Assembly (NCBI RefSeq): GCF_049075655.1
Contig: NZ_CP157522.1
Location: 1,408,001-1,472,000 of the forward strand
From: Methanothermococcus sp. Ax23
Lineage (GTDB): Archaea > AGJL01 > Methanococci > Methanococcales > Methanococcaceae
Reading direction: 5' to 3'
DNA length: 64,000 bases
Position numbers and translations under genes: made by a program. A model generated the notes under the pieces. It was not told where the DNA came from, did no database searches, and saw only the letters and a list, made by a program, of their open reading frames with translations. Position 1 is the stretch's first letter, and each line of letters begins with the position of its first letter. Below are positions 54,557-64,000 of the stretch, piece by piece.

Positions 54557-55348
54557 GTGGAATTAGGATTAAAGATAGAAGATGCTGTAAAATTGAACAA
54601 AGAATTGCAAAAGTATGCTTTTTATAAAAACGGAAGAATTAGAATAGACTTTAAGAATAAAGAAGCACTGTATCTATATAATAAAACAATTTTAAAACAT
54701 CTGTTTGATTTAGATATGGAATTTCACAAAAATGCACTTATACCTACGCCTATAAATCGATATTTATTCGTTAAAAATGTATTTGAAAATAATAATACTA
54801 ATAATCATCAAATAAAAACAGTTTTAGAGATTGGAACAGGCTCAGGCATAATTTCCATGATGATAGCAAAATACTACAACTGCAAAGTTTATGCAACGGA
54901 AACTGTAAAGGAATATATAAATATGGCAAATGAAAATATCATAAAAAATAATCTAAATAATAGTATAAAAATAATTGATTCAAATAATAAAATTATTGAA
55001 GGTATAGATGAGCTCACCAACAAAAAATTTGATTTAATTATATCCTATCCTCCTTTTTATGACTCCAACTCTGTTCCATCAAAGAGAAGTTTTGGCGGAG
55101 CTCATGCCACAGATGTGGAGCTCATAGGTGGTGGAAAATACGGTGAAGAATTCTCTTTAAAGATAATTGAAGAAGGTGTAAATTATCTAAATAAAGATGG
55201 ATTAATTGCATTAATGTTTCCACATAAACCTGTGGAGAGAAGAAAAGCCGTGGAGAATAAAATAAAAGATGTAGGTTTAATATTAAAAACAGATGAGATT
55301 AAAACTGGCAAAAGAATAAGGCACATTATTAAGGGATATAAAATATAA
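54557..55348 (+). CDS. RlmF/METTL16-like SAM methyltransferase
   Basis: IDFKN, LIPTPINR, LEIGTGSG, YPPFY. Confidence 0.8.
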   Translation: MELGLKIEDAVKLNKELQKYAFYKNGRIRIDFKNKEALYLYNKTILKHLFDLDMEFHKNALIPTPINRYLFVKNVFENNNTNNHQIKTVLEIGTGSGIISMMIAKYYNCKVYATETVKEYINMANENIIKNNLNNSIKIIDSNNKIIEGIDELTNKKFDLIISYPPFYDSNSVPSKRSFGGAHATDVELIGGGKYGEEFSLKIIEEGVNYLNKDGLIALMFPHKPVERRKAVENKIKDVGLILKTDEIKTGKRIRHIIKGYKI

Positions 55349-55392
55349 CATTATATTTAAAAATATCAAGAATATTAAAATTAGGTGAAAAC

Positions 55393-56013
55393 ATGGCTAG
55401 ATGGACGGCATACAAAATTCATCCAGAAGAATTTTTAAATAGCGAAATTAATGAAAAAGCGTTAATAATAGATGGTAAAAGAATACACAGGGTTAGGCTA
55501 TTGGGAGAAGTAAAAAATGTATCAGTTTCAACTATTATATCCTTTGAATTAGATGGCGTGGTTATCAAAGATTTTGAAAAAAAGGCAGAAGATATTGAAG
55601 AGGGGGATTTTGTAGATATTATAGGAAGAGTGGGGGAGTATGAAGGTTCAAAATATGTTGCATTGGAAGTGTATAAAAAGAGAAATGATGACAAAGAAAA
55701 ATGGAAAGAATTAAGAACCCTTGAAATAGAAAAGACAAGAAAGTATTTAGAAGATGAAGAATCTACATCTCAGTATGGAAGTGAAAAAAGCGATAACTCC
55801 GTAGCTGATGAAGTATTGGAAGATATTTATAGTGATGAAGAATGTCCAAAAGATTTAATTTTAAATATTATAAATGAAAATGACGAAATAACTTATGAAG
55901 AACTAGCTGAAAAGGCTGGAATGGATGAGAAAGAACTCGATAATATATTGGAAGAGTTAATTGATGATGGGGAAATATATGAACCTAAAACCGGAGTATA
56001 TAGAATATTATAA
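55393..56013 (+). CDS. RPA32-like OB-fold protein with C-terminal winged helix
   Basis: RVRLLGEV OB fold; L..DGEIYEP wH motif. Confidence 0.75.
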   Translation: MARWTAYKIHPEEFLNSEINEKALIIDGKRIHRVRLLGEVKNVSVSTIISFELDGVVIKDFEKKAEDIEEGDFVDIIGRVGEYEGSKYVALEVYKKRNDDKEKWKELRTLEIEKTRKYLEDEESTSQYGSEKSDNSVADEVLEDIYSDEECPKDLILNIINENDEITYEELAEKAGMDEKELDNILEELIDDGEIYEPKTGVYRIL

Positions 56014-56076
56014 TTATAGGTTAATAATTATAGGTTATTAAATGGGAATAACATACAATAAAATAAGTGGGGTATT

Positions 56077-57003
56077 ATGAAAAAAATATATTTATTTGCA
56101 GGCGGTGCATTTGTATTAATGATTATAATGGTTATAGCAATGTGTTTATTTTTAATATCTGGTTCAAATGGATGGAACTTCAAATCAGGTGGTGGAAACA
56201 TTGCAGTAATAAACATTGATAACATGCTTGTTTTAAATTCGGCATCCTCAGGAGTATTCAGTGTTAAAGAACCAAGTGTTAAAGACTACATCGGAGCTCT
56301 GGATGATGCAGAAAATGACCCAAATATTAAAGCCATAATTTTAAAAATAAACTGCCCAGGTGGAGAGGTTGTAGCAAGTGAAAAACTTGCAAGAAAGGTT
56401 AAAGAAGTTTCTGAGAAAAAAACCGTGGTAGCTTATGTTGAAACCCTTGGAGCTTCTGGTGCATATATGGCCATTGCTCCTGCAAATTATATTGTAGCTG
56501 AAAAACATTCTATTGTGGGAAGTATTGGAGTTAGGATGGATATGATTCATTATTATGGACTTATGGAAAAGCTTGGTGTGAATGCAACAGTCATAAAAGC
56601 TGGGAAGTATAAAGACATTGGTTCGCCATACAGACCGATGACTCCGGAAGAAAAAGAGTATTTGGAAAAAATGATAAATGAAACCTATATGGATTTTGTT
56701 AAATGGGTTGCAGAAAACAGAAATATGACAATAAATGAAACATTAAAAGTTGCCGATGGTAAAATATACTCAGGTAGTGATGCTAAAAAAGCTGGGCTTG
56801 TTGATGCCGTGGGAACAGAAGAAGATGCCATAAATATAACAGCAGAGATTGCAAATATATCCAATCCTAAAACTGTGGAATACACTCCATTAAAATCCGC
56901 TGGAATTTTCAGCATGATGTCAAATATAGTTTATAATTTGGGATATGGCATAGGAAAAGGTTTTGGTGAAACCGAAAAAAGTAATATTGGAATGTATTAT
57001 TAA
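56077..57003 (+). CDS. sppA: Signal peptide peptidase A
   Basis: INCPGG, ASGAY, VGSIGV, KAGKYKD, GLVD. Confidence 0.92.
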   Translation: MKKIYLFAGGAFVLMIIMVIAMCLFLISGSNGWNFKSGGGNIAVINIDNMLVLNSASSGVFSVKEPSVKDYIGALDDAENDPNIKAIILKINCPGGEVVASEKLARKVKEVSEKKTVVAYVETLGASGAYMAIAPANYIVAEKHSIVGSIGVRMDMIHYYGLMEKLGVNATVIKAGKYKDIGSPYRPMTPEEKEYLEKMINETYMDFVKWVAENRNMTINETLKVADGKIYSGSDAKKAGLVDAVGTEEDAINITAEIANISNPKTVEYTPLKSAGIFSMMSNIVYNLGYGIGKGFGETEKSNIGMYY

Positions 57004-57125
57004 TACTAAATATTAAATTACGGCACCAAATAAAAAAATAAGAATAAACAAGTATAATATAAATATAATTATAATATAATCACAAATAAACTAAAAAAAT
57101 AAATATAAATAATATTTTACTATTT

Positions 57126-58685
57126 TTAAGGCCAGGTGATTACCTTTGGAATTTCTGGCATTTTTCCTATTTTCTTTTGCACCAATTCAGGCCAGTCGTC
57201 ATAATTAAATCCATATTGTGCCAAGAAACCAATTACCCATCTTGTGAGACCATATCCTGTGCATCCAGTCCATACTTTTCTTCCTTTATAGTCTTTTATT
57301 CCAAATCCTTCAACAAAATGAGTTCCATGAACATTTGCGGATGTTACAGCCACCCCTTTTCTTTCATCCTTTATATGTGGCAACCATAATCTCATTTCAT
57401 ATTTAGGAACTTCTGGGAACTCTATACATCTATCCTCTTTTTTCCTACCTTCAAGATAGAATGGGTCATCTCCAACCTCTGTCCAATATTCCAAATCAAG
57501 CTTTTCAGCAAGTTTTTCAGCATATTTTAATGTTTCATCCCTGGTTTTTTCAACAAATTCTGGACTTCCCATCTCTACGCATTCTATCCTTAAAAACTCA
57601 TTAACTCTATCAAGTCCTTTTGCACCGCCACCTTCCCATCTATATGTCCATCCACTTTTATCTACAAACTTTATAGGTTTATCTACATCAATGAGCTCAT
57701 GGTCAAAGAATTGGTAGAATGGCTCACACTGAGCAGGTGCCAAAACATACCCTGGGTTTCTCAATAAATCATTTAATTTATGGATAGGTATCTCTTTTTT
57801 TATCATCATTTCATTTACAAACTCTCTGAACATTTCAGGGTCTCTTTTTGGAGGGCAGACATAATACATTCCCTCAGGAAGTCCTTCCAAATACCTCATT
57901 TTATACATAACTTCCAATGGAATTAACTTCGGGAACAGACATTCATCAAATCCTATTTTGTTGATACACTCTTCCATTATGAGCTCCTCAAATGCCCTAA
58001 ATAATTTTGTCATAGGCGGAGTATAGAACCACTGCCCCTTTCCAATAAATCTTTTAACCCACCCAAGTTCCTCAGCAACTTCCGTTGGGTCTTTATCAAA
58101 TGTAATTGTCCTTTTTGCTTTATACTCACTAACTATTGTTCCAGGAGCTATCGCACAGACATCAAAGGTTAAATCTTTCTCTTCTTCCTTTTCAAGTTCA
58201 TTTCTTACGAATTTTATCGCTCTATCTACAATATTCCTTTTTAATTCACTATCTCCGATGTTTTCGAATATTATTTTTACGGCATTATTGTCATAATCAA
58301 TCTCAGTTTCGCATTCTGGAACTTTGATGCCCTTTATAGTTTCAAGAACTTCCTTTTCAGCAGGTATTGTTATTTCATAATGTTCTATGACGATATCTCT
58401 TATACCTGTTTTATGTTTTCTTCCAACTTTTTCCATGATAGGTTTTTTCAACCTCATTATTGCCTCATGAGCTCTTGCATAAGTTCCTGATACGATGTTT
58501 AATTTTAATTCCTTTCCCTCAAAATCATAGCTTATTATCTTTGAAGCTTCATCTTCCTTTCCTTTTGGGACTCCTTTTAGAAATATTTCCCTGCTATTGT
58601 CCAATACTTCTATTATATCCTTTTGTGCATCCTCGTTCAATTCCTTGCTAAATATAATTTTCCCATTTAATTCAAACTTCATCAT
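57126..58685 (-). CDS. serS: Methanogen-type seryl-tRNA synthetase
   Basis: [32 protein letters not shown]. Confidence 0.95.
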   Translation of the reverse strand: MMKFELNGKIIFSKELNEDAQKDIIEVLDNSREIFLKGVPKGKEDEASKIISYDFEGKELKLNIVSGTYARAHEAIMRLKKPIMEKVGRKHKTGIRDIVIEHYEITIPAEKEVLETIKGIKVPECETEIDYDNNAVKIIFENIGDSELKRNIVDRAIKFVRNELEKEEEKDLTFDVCAIAPGTIVSEYKAKRTITFDKDPTEVAEELGWVKRFIGKGQWFYTPPMTKLFRAFEELIMEECINKIGFDECLFPKLIPLEVMYKMRYLEGLPEGMYYVCPPKRDPEMFREFVNEMMIKKEIPIHKLNDLLRNPGYVLAPAQCEPFYQFFDHELIDVDKPIKFVDKSGWTYRWEGGGAKGLDRVNEFLRIECVEMGSPEFVEKTRDETLKYAEKLAEKLDLEYWTEVGDDPFYLEGRKKEDRCIEFPEVPKYEMRLWLPHIKDERKGVAVTSANVHGTHFVEGFGIKDYKGRKVWTGCTGYGLTRWVIGFLAQYGFNYDDWPELVQKKIGKMPEIPKVITWP

Positions 58686-58848
58686 TTCACCGTTTTTATA
58701 AATATATAAAATTGATTAATGCCTTGCAATTATACGCATAATAAAAATTAAAAACTAAAAATTAAAAAATTCATTTAATGGAATATTCGTTATTTTATTT
58801 AAATATTTATCATGAGTTTATATACTAATATCCATGATTTTGGATTTA

Positions 58849-59859
58849 TTAACTTCTATTTTTTATTTCCTCAATTATCTTGTCTGTGAGCTCAGTAGTT
58901 TTTAAATTTCCACCTAAATCTGGAGTCATATATCCTTTTTTCAACACTGATTTAACGGAATCTCTTAACAATCTACTTTTTTCTTTCATTCCTAAATAAT
59001 ACAGCATCATAGATGCACTTAATATTGAAGCTATTGGATTTGCTATGCCCTTTCCTGCAATGTCTGGTGCCGAACCATGAACTGGCTCAAATAATCCGTG
59101 TTTATCCCCAATGTTTGCAGATGGTGCCAGCCCAAGACCTCCTAGCAATCCAGAAGCTTCATCGGATAGTATGTCTCCAAACAAGTTTGTAGTTACCATG
59201 ACATCAAACATCTGCGGATTTTTTAGGATATACATAGCAGTGGCATCCACCAAATAATTATCACTATCTATATTAAACTTTTTGTATTGCTCTCCAATCT
59301 CATTAAATATTTTTAAAAAGAGACCGTCAGTTATTCTCAAAATATTTGCCTTATGTATGCAGGATACTTTTTTCCTATGGTGTTTCAGTGCATAATCAAA
59401 TGCAAATTTAATTATTCTGCTACTTCCCTTCTTAGAAATAACTCTTTCTGCAACAGCTATTTCTTTTTCATCGTCATAATATTCCCTATTAACATATAAT
59501 CCTTCGGTATTTTCCCTTATAATTACAAAATCAATATCTTCAAAATTATTGATTGGTCTAACATTTGCGTATAAATCGAGCTCCTTTCGTAGTGTTAATA
59601 TGGGACTTTTATACATCTTCCTTTCTAATTCATCAGGCTTTGGCGTAGTTACTGCACCAAATAATATTGCATCGCACTCCTTGGCAGTTTCAAGGGTTCT
59701 ATCTGGTATAGCACTATTGCATCTCTTAAAACATTCATAGCCTGCATGTTCTTTAATAAATTCAAAATCTCCGAGCTCATTTAAAATTCTTACAGTTTCA
59801 GGAATTACTTCCTTACCTATTCCATCTCCTTCTATAACGCATATTTTATATATTTTCAT
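58849..59859 (-). CDS. aksF: Homoisocitrate dehydrogenase (coenzyme B pathway)
   Basis: GDGIGKEV, TTPKP..YKSPI, NLFGDILSD, EPVHGSAPDIAG; the SPI motif favours AksF over LeuB. Confidence 0.82.
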   Translation of the reverse strand: MKIYKICVIEGDGIGKEVIPETVRILNELGDFEFIKEHAGYECFKRCNSAIPDRTLETAKECDAILFGAVTTPKPDELERKMYKSPILTLRKELDLYANVRPINNFEDIDFVIIRENTEGLYVNREYYDDEKEIAVAERVISKKGSSRIIKFAFDYALKHHRKKVSCIHKANILRITDGLFLKIFNEIGEQYKKFNIDSDNYLVDATAMYILKNPQMFDVMVTTNLFGDILSDEASGLLGGLGLAPSANIGDKHGLFEPVHGSAPDIAGKGIANPIASILSASMMLYYLGMKEKSRLLRDSVKSVLKKGYMTPDLGGNLKTTELTDKIIEEIKNRS

Positions 59860-60292
59860 TAAATCACCAGTGTGTATAAAATGGGCTAATTATATAATTA
59901 TCGATAATTTCATCAAACTTAAAATCGTGTATAAAAGAGACAAAGAAATTATTTAAAAAATAGATGATAATTTTAATATATATCATTAACCATAGAATAT
60001 TATTATATTAAGTTATATTCATAATATTGTTGATTAATTATACTTATTAATGGTCCATTAATAACTTTTGGTAATGCTTACACTGGACACTAATAACAAT
60101 CAATAAAAAATTAGTGGTGTTTCCAATTTTGCATATACTAGTAATTGATTCTAATAATCTCCATACTACGAATTATTGAATTATAGCAAATGTTTAACAC
60201 TGCCACAATTTGATTAATATTAATATATCATATTGTGGTATATTAATATTATAGTATATTATATGCTCGCAAATTTTAATAGGGAGATATTT

Positions 60293-63200
60293 ATGTATGA
60301 TGATATACCGCAAGAAGAACTTTCAAAATTATTTAAAGAATATTGTGAATTGGATTGGAAAAAGAAATCTGAGGCAGCCCGAATATTGGGACATATTAAC
60401 GACATTAATGAGCTTAAGAAAATACAAGAGCAAATTATAAAATTAGCCCAGGATAAAAACTTAGCTACAAGAGTAAATCTAATGAACTCTATAAAGAAGC
60501 TCATTTTAGACCACCGCATTATTAATGAGGATATATTTGTTTTACTCTATTTTTGGGCCAATTCCTTCAACACCACAACATCAGAATTTGCCAAACAAAT
60601 TATAAACTCCTTAAATGTGAATGTGATTGTCGACTACATCCTCTCATTATCCATAAAACTTTATTCTTCCAATCCTTATGAAGTAGCATATGCCATGGCA
60701 TCCTTAGGATTGATATCAACAGTTACCCCTGAACACTTAACAAATACCCTCCCTGAGATTGTATTAATGTCCAACGGTCATAAATACAAGATACTTCAAG
60801 TGCTTGCTATTGAAATACTTGAAGAATTTAAAACATTGGATAAACATTATCTAATTAATTCGTATTTTATGGTATATCTAGAATACCATAAAAACGTTTT
60901 TGATACTACTGGTTTAGATAATAAATCCCTGAAATTCCTTAAATTTTTATATAATACGTATTTCAAAGAAACTGCTTCCAGAGAAGATATATTAAAAATC
61001 ATAAATGCTCTGGAAAATAGGGAACCTTTTGTAAAATCCATTATTATGGCTACATTATATACTCATGCCGATGTTTTATATCAGATATTAAAGGAGGATA
61101 AAAAATTAAGTAATTACTTGATAGATGAAACAATAAGCTCTTTTAAAAATCCTGACCGGATGATTAGGCTTTCATCCATGTTTTTGTTTATAAAGTTGAT
61201 ATTCTTTGATAAAATATATATTAAAAATGAATACTTAGATATGTTTTTTGACAAAATCCTTGAAAATTTCAATGATAAATATATTGTAAAGGGATTTTCT
61301 CTTGAAATATTATACTACCTATTAAAAAATACAGAATCGAAATATATTAAAAAGAAAGTATCTGAGGTTATTGATAAAATTGATTTAAAAAGTATAATGA
61401 ATGAAGGGCATTTATGCTATTATAATGGGTTATATTTGGCATATGAATTAAAAAAATATGAATGTTTCTCAGCAACATCTTCTCCTAATTTTAATATGGG
61501 TTTTATAGAGGAATTCAAAGATATGGATATATTGGAATTCCAGAAGCTGATTAAATCCCTATATATTGATACAAAAAGAAAAGGCTGGATAAATAGATAC
61601 TACGCTGGAAAATATTTAGGTAATGCAATATATGCAAGACCCGGTTATGCATCCAATATGTTTGATATAATCGATAATATGTTGTATGACAACACATATT
61701 TGGTAAGAAATATGGGAATATGGTTATTGAGAATGATAGTTGAGTTAAACAATGAGACTCCAAATAATCTTATTATTAAATCTACATCTTTGTTTGATGA
61801 TTGGTATTTCGGAAACCGAATCGAATATTTATTATTTTATAATATATTAATAGAGAATTACCCAAATAGTCTTGAAAAAGAAGAAATCAGAAAAAATATT
61901 ATTTCAGCAATTATGACAAAATATTTAACAGATAAACATAGATTTGTAAAAGATATTAGCAAAAACTTATTGGATAAATTATTGATTAAATTTCCAGAAT
62001 ATAAGGAATTTTTAGATTATCATAACATATCTATCAAAGAACGTTTTGATTTAATTGAAAAATATTTAAAATTTCCTGAAACGAGGAAAGCCACCATATT
62101 GCTCGCCAAAATTGAACTAAAGCGACACATCAAAAAGGGCGAGGATAACTCCATTAGAGTGATTTTAAAAGTCTTTGAGAATAATATCTACGAAGAAATA
62201 ATATATATTCTTCCAGAGATCATTGCATTGAAAGGAAAATCTGAAATAGCTAAAAAGATTGTTGAGGATTACATATCAAAATACCCCACATTACCAAAAG
62301 AGATGGATGATATTACATATCGTTTTATTGAGGAACCCATATTTAAAATAAGAAATACTCACTTAAAAAAATTATTAAGATTTATCAAGGAAGGATTGAT
62401 AATAAGCGATAAGTTATTAAACAGAGTTAAAGAATTAATAATATATGAACGTGTAGTTGAGGAAAATATCAATCTTGCATTATCAATACTTGAAGAAATA
62501 AATGAACCTGAAAGTGTAGCCATAATTAAAGAAAAAAGGGAATTAATAGAACATCTGAAAAAGAATCCATTAAATCTTGATAAAATCGAAAATGGAGATA
62601 TTGAATGGGAAAAATACCATATCAAAATAACATATATCCCAACAAAAGATGTTATTAAAATTTTTGGAAGCGACGACATTAAAGATATTGTAAAAACGAT
62701 TATTCACATATTAAATCTTGAAGAAGCAGTAATTTTGAAGATAATGGTCATGGATTTGTTAATTGAAGAGATTTCTAAAAATGGGAAGTTATTGGACGAA
62801 TTATTGTCAAATAATATATATGACATACTATCAAAATTAGCATTATTGGATGGTTATGGATTATTATCAGAAAAAGCATTAGTATTACTTGAAGGAATAG
62901 CATTGAAAAAAGATAACTGGCTGAAAAATAATCTATTAAACAATCCTGGGAAAAAACCCACATTAAAAATTATAAGAAAATTTTTAAGACATAATACATC
63001 AATCTATGTTAAATTGGAAATTATTGAGGTTTTGGAATACCTGCTAAAAAATGACATTATTATATGTGATAAACACACTGCATCTGCATTTATATACACT
63101 CTTGTGAATATTGGTAACGACCAGCCATGGATAGTATTTAAAAAAGCTGTGGATGTTATTGGTTCCTGCCAGTATATACGAGAAGATAAGAAACTTTTAA

Positions 63201-63361
63201 GTAAAATCGTTAAAAAAATTATGGAATATATTGAGGCATCCACATGTCCTGGTGTTAAAGAATATCTAATGAAAGTTCTTGAATCATTAAATGTAGAAAA
63301 AAAACTTGATAAAGATATTGTCGAAGAATATATTGAAGAATACAGTAAATTAAAAAAATAA
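60293..63361 (+). CDS. Large HEAT/ARM-repeat-like alpha-helical protein (~1020 aa)
   Basis: Repeated W/Y-xxR-xx-A-xx-LG and D-xx-VR-type segments; GGGAGA RBS; no catalytic motif seen. Confidence 0.65.
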   Translation: MYDDIPQEELSKLFKEYCELDWKKKSEAARILGHINDINELKKIQEQIIKLAQDKNLATRVNLMNSIKKLILDHRIINEDIFVLLYFWANSFNTTTSEFAKQIINSLNVNVIVDYILSLSIKLYSSNPYEVAYAMASLGLISTVTPEHLTNTLPEIVLMSNGHKYKILQVLAIEILEEFKTLDKHYLINSYFMVYLEYHKNVFDTTGLDNKSLKFLKFLYNTYFKETASREDILKIINALENREPFVKSIIMATLYTHADVLYQILKEDKKLSNYLIDETISSFKNPDRMIRLSSMFLFIKLIFFDKIYIKNEYLDMFFDKILENFNDKYIVKGFSLEILYYLLKNTESKYIKKKVSEVIDKIDLKSIMNEGHLCYYNGLYLAYELKKYECFSATSSPNFNMGFIEEFKDMDILEFQKLIKSLYIDTKRKGWINRYYAGKYLGNAIYARPGYASNMFDIIDNMLYDNTYLVRNMGIWLLRMIVELNNETPNNLIIKSTSLFDDWYFGNRIEYLLFYNILIENYPNSLEKEEIRKNIISAIMTKYLTDKHRFVKDISKNLLDKLLIKFPEYKEFLDYHNISIKERFDLIEKYLKFPETRKATILLAKIELKRHIKKGEDNSIRVILKVFENNIYEEIIYILPEIIALKGKSEIAKKIVEDYISKYPTLPKEMDDITYRFIEEPIFKIRNTHLKKLLRFIKEGLIISDKLLNRVKELIIYERVVEENINLALSILEEINEPESVAIIKEKRELIEHLKKNPLNLDKIENGDIEWEKYHIKITYIPTKDVIKIFGSDDIKDIVKTIIHILNLEEAVILKIMVMDLLIEEISKNGKLLDELLSNNIYDILSKLALLDGYGLLSEKALVLLEGIALKKDNWLKNNLLNNPGKKPTLKIIRKFLRHNTSIYVKLEIIEVLEYLLKNDIIICDKHTASAFIYTLVNIGNDQPWIVFKKAVDVIGSCQYIREDKKLLSKIVKKIMEYIEASTCPGVKEYLMKVLESLNVEKKLDKDIVEEYIEEYSKLKK

Positions 63362-63386
63362 TTAAAAAATAAAATTCATATTTAAA

Positions 63387-63944
63387 TTATCTATTAACAA
63401 CATTATCTAGGAAATATTTATAAACTTTATACCCCTCATCCGAGAGCTCCGGATGGAATGCTATTGCCATGTATTTACCTTCCCTTACTCCAACAATATT
63501 ATCTCCCTCTTTTGCTATGATTTCAACAGCATCATCTAAAAGTTCATCTACAACAGGAGCTCTGATAAATACCGCATGAACTTTTTCGCCATCTAACTCA
63601 ATTTCTTCTTCAAAACTTTCCCTCTGGCTACCATAGGCGTTTCTTTTAATGGTTATATTCATTAACTCTAAAAGTGGCTGTTCCCTTCCAGTTCCTTTTG
63701 AAAGCAATACCATACCTGCACAAGTTCCCAATATTGGAAAATCAGAGTTTTTTAAAGCTTCAATAAAGCCATATTTTTTCATAAGTTTCCCCATTGTGGT
63801 GCTTTCTCCACCTGGAATAATAAGTGCATCAATATCATCTAAATCAGCAGGTGTTCTAATCCTTTTTGGCGTGCAATTTATCCTTTTAACCATTTCTTCA
63901 TGCTCTTCAATATCTCCCTGAATACCTAAAATACCTATATTCAT
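63387..63944 (-). CDS. pdxT: PLP synthase glutaminase subunit
   Basis: QGD, PGGESTT, GTCAG, RNAYG, FIRAP, FHPEL. Confidence 0.97.
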   Translation of the reverse strand: MNIGILGIQGDIEEHEEMVKRINCTPKRIRTPADLDDIDALIIPGGESTTMGKLMKKYGFIEALKNSDFPILGTCAGMVLLSKGTGREQPLLELMNITIKRNAYGSQRESFEEEIELDGEKVHAVFIRAPVVDELLDDAVEIIAKEGDNIVGVREGKYMAIAFHPELSDEGYKVYKYFLDNVVNR

Positions 63945-64000
63945 ACTCTCACCATTTATGTAAATAATATTAGTAAAAATAAAAAAACTTCTAAAATAAA

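Overview
AT-rich (roughly 30% GC by eye) chromosomal window from a Methanococcales archaeon (Methanothermococcus/Methanococcus-like; methanogen-type SerRS, aksF, hcgE, egsA, GGTGA ribosome-binding sites). It is mostly housekeeping genes (fen, dapL, hpt, nadA, hisB, hisG, aroD, thiL, hef, rtcA, intein-bearing rtcB, archease, mre11-rad50, serS, pdxT), plus a convergent type II R-M pair and an archaeosortase/PIP-CTERM/glycoside-hydrolase module. No tRNA, rRNA or CRISPR array was seen. The non-coding layer is rich. It holds one IS982, one tnpB-only IS200/IS605 element, and seven protein-less derivatives from three families (six full-length plus one right-end fragment) that keep transposon ends and an omega-RNA-like structured 3' segment. 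It also holds a shared set of ~13-23-nt mini-hairpins stacked inside those ends, a three-hairpin H/ACA RNA and a C/D-box RNA. The palindrome GAGCTC is strongly over-represented across the window (about 90 by manual count, a handful expected), which recalls cyanobacterial HIP1. All counts and alignments are manual; no database search was run.
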